Positions 58,513 to 61,293 of a DNA stretch of 61,293 nt are shown one piece after another. The stretch comes from a virus (taxonomy: Duplodnaviria > Caudoviricetes). A program made the translations under genes and the position numbers. Below the pieces are notes generated by a model. That model saw nothing but the letters and a program-made list of their open reading frames with translations. It searched no databases and was not told the DNA's origin. The stretch is taken from IMG/VR virus record IMGVR_UViG_3300030430_001440, positions 1 to 61,293 of that record; one strand, written 5' to 3'. The number at the start of each line of letters is the position of its first letter. The first letter of the stretch is position 1.

Positions 58513-59022
58513 ATGGCTAAAAAAGAACCATACTCAGCACAGTATAAAGGAGTTCATAAAGAATACGGTTCATTCAGAAGGATGGTGAGCCCTAGCTCTA
58601 TTAAAAAAGATGAAGTATTAGCTGCAGGAGACGGTAGGTTTGCTCTCGATGACATACCACTCGATCATCAAATTTGGGAAGCAGTTGAGTTTCAAGATGA
58701 ATTACATAGGCAAGCGTGTGTAGAACATGAAAGTCGAGTAGTTTTTGATGCTCTTATGGAAATGACAAAAGCATACGATGAAAACCACGATGTGCTCTAC
58801 ACCACAGATAGACAACATAGAATGATAAAACAAGGTCGTTTTGATCGTGAAGCACATAACAGACGAATGAGAAAATATTATTCAGAACATAAAGAAGAAC
58901 GCAGAGCTTATAGTAGAAAATATAGACAACTTAAAAAGGCGGAGTTAAAAAATGGCAAAAGAAAAGGGATTGTGGCTGTTGCTAAGGGAAAACCTAGAGG
59001 GAGTTCACCTACAGAGGATTGA
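58513..59022 (+). CDS. Hypothetical protein with basic C-terminus
   Basis: Start reassigned to ATG 58513. Confidence 0.65.
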   Translation: MAKKEPYSAQYKGVHKEYGSFRRMVSPSSIKKDEVLAAGDGRFALDDIPLDHQIWEAVEFQDELHRQACVEHESRVVFDALMEMTKAYDENHDVLYTTDRQHRMIKQGRFDREAHNRRMRKYYSEHKEERRAYSRKYRQLKKAELKNGKRKGIVAVAKGKPRGSSPTED

Positions 59023-59341
59023 AACAGGTATGACTGGTTCAGGTGTTCCTGACGTTAATGGTTGTGGTTGGGGTAAAGAATTTTGGATAGAATTAAAAGA
59101 AATACACAGTGGTAATCAACTTACTCTACGACCAATGCAAGTTTCTTGGTTAGCAAAAAGGGCTATGCACGGCGGTCAAGTATTCGTTCTTGCACGTAAG
59201 AACGATGAACTTAAACTTTTTCATATAGATAGTCTATCAGGAATAAAAGAACTTGTTAGTGAGGGTTTTAAACATAAAGCTCTCGTTACGCTCACAAAAC
59301 CTTACGAATGGGAGCGTCTTACTGGTGCTTTACTATCGTAG
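58952..59341 (+). CDS. PD-(D/E)XK nuclease (VRR-NUC/Holliday junction resolvase-like)
   Basis: GVPDV...FWIELK...LRPMQ..W. Confidence 0.8.
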   Translation: MAKEKGLWLLLRENLEGVHLQRIETGMTGSGVPDVNGCGWGKEFWIELKEIHSGNQLTLRPMQVSWLAKRAMHGGQVFVLARKNDELKLFHIDSLSGIKELVSEGFKHKALVTLTKPYEWERLTGALLS

Positions 59342-59357
59342 GTTTGCTAAGTACTAT
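59329..59357 (+). promoter_or_regulatory. Early promoter
   Basis: TTTACT-N17-TACTAT. Confidence 0.65.
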
Positions 59358-59413
59358 ATATAAGGTAAGCGTGGGGCTTACGACCATATGAACTATCAGA
59401 AAGGAGAAATTAT

Positions 59414-60439
59414 ATGGCACATAATATAGAAACAATGGCGTGGGCTAACGATGTACCTTGGCACGGATTAGGTGTTAAGGTTGAAGATAGTCTTACTCCA
59501 TTGCAGATGTTGGAGGCGGCAGAGTTAGACTGGACTGTAAGTAAACGTCCAAGCTACACTATCGACTCTCCAAACTGGAGCGACGACGTAGGCTTAATGC
59601 AAGCTGAGGATACTTTCCATATCGTTCGTGACAGTGACAATACAATACTATCCCATTGTGGTAAAGGTTATATACCTATACAGAATGAGAAAGTATTTGA
59701 GTTTTTCAAACGCTTTACAGAAGCTGGTCATATGACCATGGAAACTGCAGGTAGTTTGAGAGACGGCAAAGAAATTTGGGGTTTAGCTAAAATCTCAAAC
59801 GACTTTGAACTTGCTGGTGGTGATGAGATTAAGGGTTATCTCTTAATTAATCAACCACACGTAGCAGGTAAATCGATGACGATAAAACTTACACCTATTC
59901 GTGTAGTATGTAATAACACACTTACGATGGCTTTAGAGGCAGGAGGACCACAGTTCAGAATGCCTCATATACGAGCTTTCGATGACGATGTTGTGCAGAA
60001 AGCCGAAGAAGCGTTAGGTCTATCGGATTCTAAAATGCAAGAGTTTCAGCAATACGCTACAACTCTATCGAAGGCTAAAGCCAAGCATTCTGACGTAATT
60101 GACTATGTTTCAGAAATATATCAACCCGATATGTTAATGCAATATAAGTTAGAAGAAAAATTACGTGCAGAGGGTAAAGCTGTCGGCATACAAGAACCAC
60201 TAGCTGAGAAACTTAATAAGTTTCCTACATTAGCTATGGAAGGGTATTACAACTCTCCAGGTGCAAACCTTAAATCAGCTAAAGATACGTGGTGGGGAGC
60301 CTTCAATGCAGTGACTTACGTAGAAGACCATCTAAGAACTTCGCAAGTTAAAGGTAATGCTTTACATAGTGCGTGGTTTGGTGCAGGAGCTAATAGAAAA
60401 GCTAAAGCACTAGAGATGGCTCTATCGAGGGCAGCCTAA
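59414..60439 (+). CDS. DUF932-family protein
   Basis: PWHGLG, LDWTV, ETAGSL..G, TPIRVVCNNT and WGAFNAVT motifs. Confidence 0.9.
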   Translation: MAHNIETMAWANDVPWHGLGVKVEDSLTPLQMLEAAELDWTVSKRPSYTIDSPNWSDDVGLMQAEDTFHIVRDSDNTILSHCGKGYIPIQNEKVFEFFKRFTEAGHMTMETAGSLRDGKEIWGLAKISNDFELAGGDEIKGYLLINQPHVAGKSMTIKLTPIRVVCNNTLTMALEAGGPQFRMPHIRAFDDDVVQKAEEALGLSDSKMQEFQQYATTLSKAKAKHSDVIDYVSEIYQPDMLMQYKLEEKLRAEGKAVGIQEPLAEKLNKFPTLAMEGYYNSPGANLKSAKDTWWGAFNAVTYVEDHLRTSQVKGNALHSAWFGAGANRKAKALEMALSRAA

Positions 60440-60660
60440 TGCCAGAAGATTACAAGATTCCCGCAGAGCTGCTAGGCAGACTGTGGGAAGCTGTATTTAG
60501 TAAAGCTCATGAGAGTGAACTAGCTCAAGAGTTAGCTGACCACATGATATCGCAAGGCTGTGAAAGACTAGAGGGGGTCAATGATCCCGCTCTAGTTTTT
60601 ATGTTTTGGAAAAAATACTTAGAAGATGAAAAAATAATTAAAATAGAGGACATACACTAA
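60439..60660 (+). CDS. Hypothetical protein
   Basis: TAATG overlaps. Confidence 0.7.
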   Translation: MPEDYKIPAELLGRLWEAVFSKAHESELAQELADHMISQGCERLEGVNDPALVFMFWKKYLEDEKIIKIEDIH

Positions 60661-60953
60661 TGACTGATTTTATTATACAAAAAGGCTATCCTATTCCTGA
60701 AGATATCAGGGGTAGAACGTCGCAATATAAATGGGGCGATATGGAAGTTGGAGACTCAGTGTTTATACCATTGAGAGATAACGACAACGCTAATCGTGCT
60801 AGAAATAGATTACAACAATCTACTCGGACTTTCTGTAAAAAGAATCAGCCCGATTGGAAATTTGTATTACGTTATAGACTTGAAGAATATGAAGACCCTG
60901 CTAAACCTACTTTGTTAGAGGTTTCTGGTATTCGTGTTTGGCGAGTCGCTTAA
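60660..60953 (+). CDS. Small putative DNA-binding protein
   Basis: KGYPIP...MEVGDSVF...GIRVWR. Confidence 0.6.
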   Translation: MTDFIIQKGYPIPEDIRGRTSQYKWGDMEVGDSVFIPLRDNDNANRARNRLQQSTRTFCKKNQPDWKFVLRYRLEEYEDPAKPTLLEVSGIRVWRVA

Positions 60954-60966
60954 TGAAACTTGCTGC

Positions 60967-60995
60967 TTTACATTCGTAAGTATGGTAAGTATAGT
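60967..60995 (+). promoter_or_regulatory. Early promoter
   Basis: TTTACA-N17-TATAGT. Confidence 0.75.
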
Positions 60996-61048
60996 TAAGG
61001 CTGGTGTCTGCTATTAGCAGATAGAACTAAAATAGAAAGGAGAAAGAT

Positions 61049-61293
61049 ATGCGAACAGCAACTACTTCTAAAACGAAAAAAATGCCACCAAAGGTTGTTG
61101 CAGACAAACCTTTAAGTAAGGCTTCAGTGACGAAAGTCCCAAAGCCTGTTGCAAAAACCAGAGGTGCAGCAAGAAAAAGCTACAAGTTTATTGGCACTAT
61201 GCCAGAACAAAGTGGTTTCACACCACAAATGTATGCTTTATTACAAACAATTAGTGAAGCTAAAAAGACTGAGCTAGACCCTAACAAGTTTAC
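61049..61293 (+). CDS. 5' part of a 122-aa protein spanning the circular junction (continues at 1..260); paralog of 7993 and 8611
   Basis: ATG 61049 after AGAAAGGAG; reads MRTATTSKTKKMPPKVV...SYKFIGTMPEQ in frame with ORF 42..260. Confidence 0.85.
   Translation, partial: MRTATTSKTKKMPPKVVADKPLSKASVTKVPKPVAKTRGAARKSYKFIGTMPEQSGFTPQMYALLQTISEAKKTELDPNKF
61158..61293. repeat. Terminal direct repeat, right copy
   Basis: Matches 1-136 with one mismatch. Confidence 0.95.

Noticed and set aside
1-61293. Stop-codon reassignment
   Set aside because: Core genes are intact in the standard code and all three stop codons end genes

Overview
The window is an apparently complete, circularly assembled ~61.2 kb AT-rich dsDNA tailed-phage genome. 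Bases 61158-61293 repeat bases 1-136 with one synonymous mismatch, so the unit length is 61,157 bp. The gene set looks like an uncultured marine podovirus-type phage: there is no tape measure gene, integrase or tRNA, but it has adaptor/nozzle-like tail genes and large ejection proteins. Almost all genes are on the + strand. Layout: (i) an early region (about 59.4 kb, through the junction, to 7 kb) of small genes behind a repeated TTTACT-N17-TAnAnT promoter and an AGAAAGGAG ribosome-binding site, interspersed with highly structured non-coding stretches; (ii) TerS, two members of a three-copy paralog family, a low-complexity candidate packaging/terminus region, an ART-like protein, TerL, portal, GroES, scaffold, capsid, tail and lysis genes; (iii) a block of very basic small proteins and a thermonuclease; (iv) a CsgF-CsgG-curlin-like-FecR-CHASE2 adenylate cyclase cassette; (v) internal virion proteins, one carrying a Hint domain; (vi) replication genes (SNF2 helicase, SSB-like, primase, AlkB-like dioxygenase, UvrD-like helicase, PolA). 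The replication region also holds a thymidine-hypermodification operon in which a SAM-dependent methyltransferase stands where an amino acid:DNA transferase is usually found. The best candidates for undescribed biology are that operon (with an odd flanking-base rule at CCWGG sites), the curli-cAMP cassette, the Hint-bearing virion protein, the structured early-region RNAs, and an inverted pair of AT-rich origin-like elements. All family calls come from motif recognition by eye; no searches were run.
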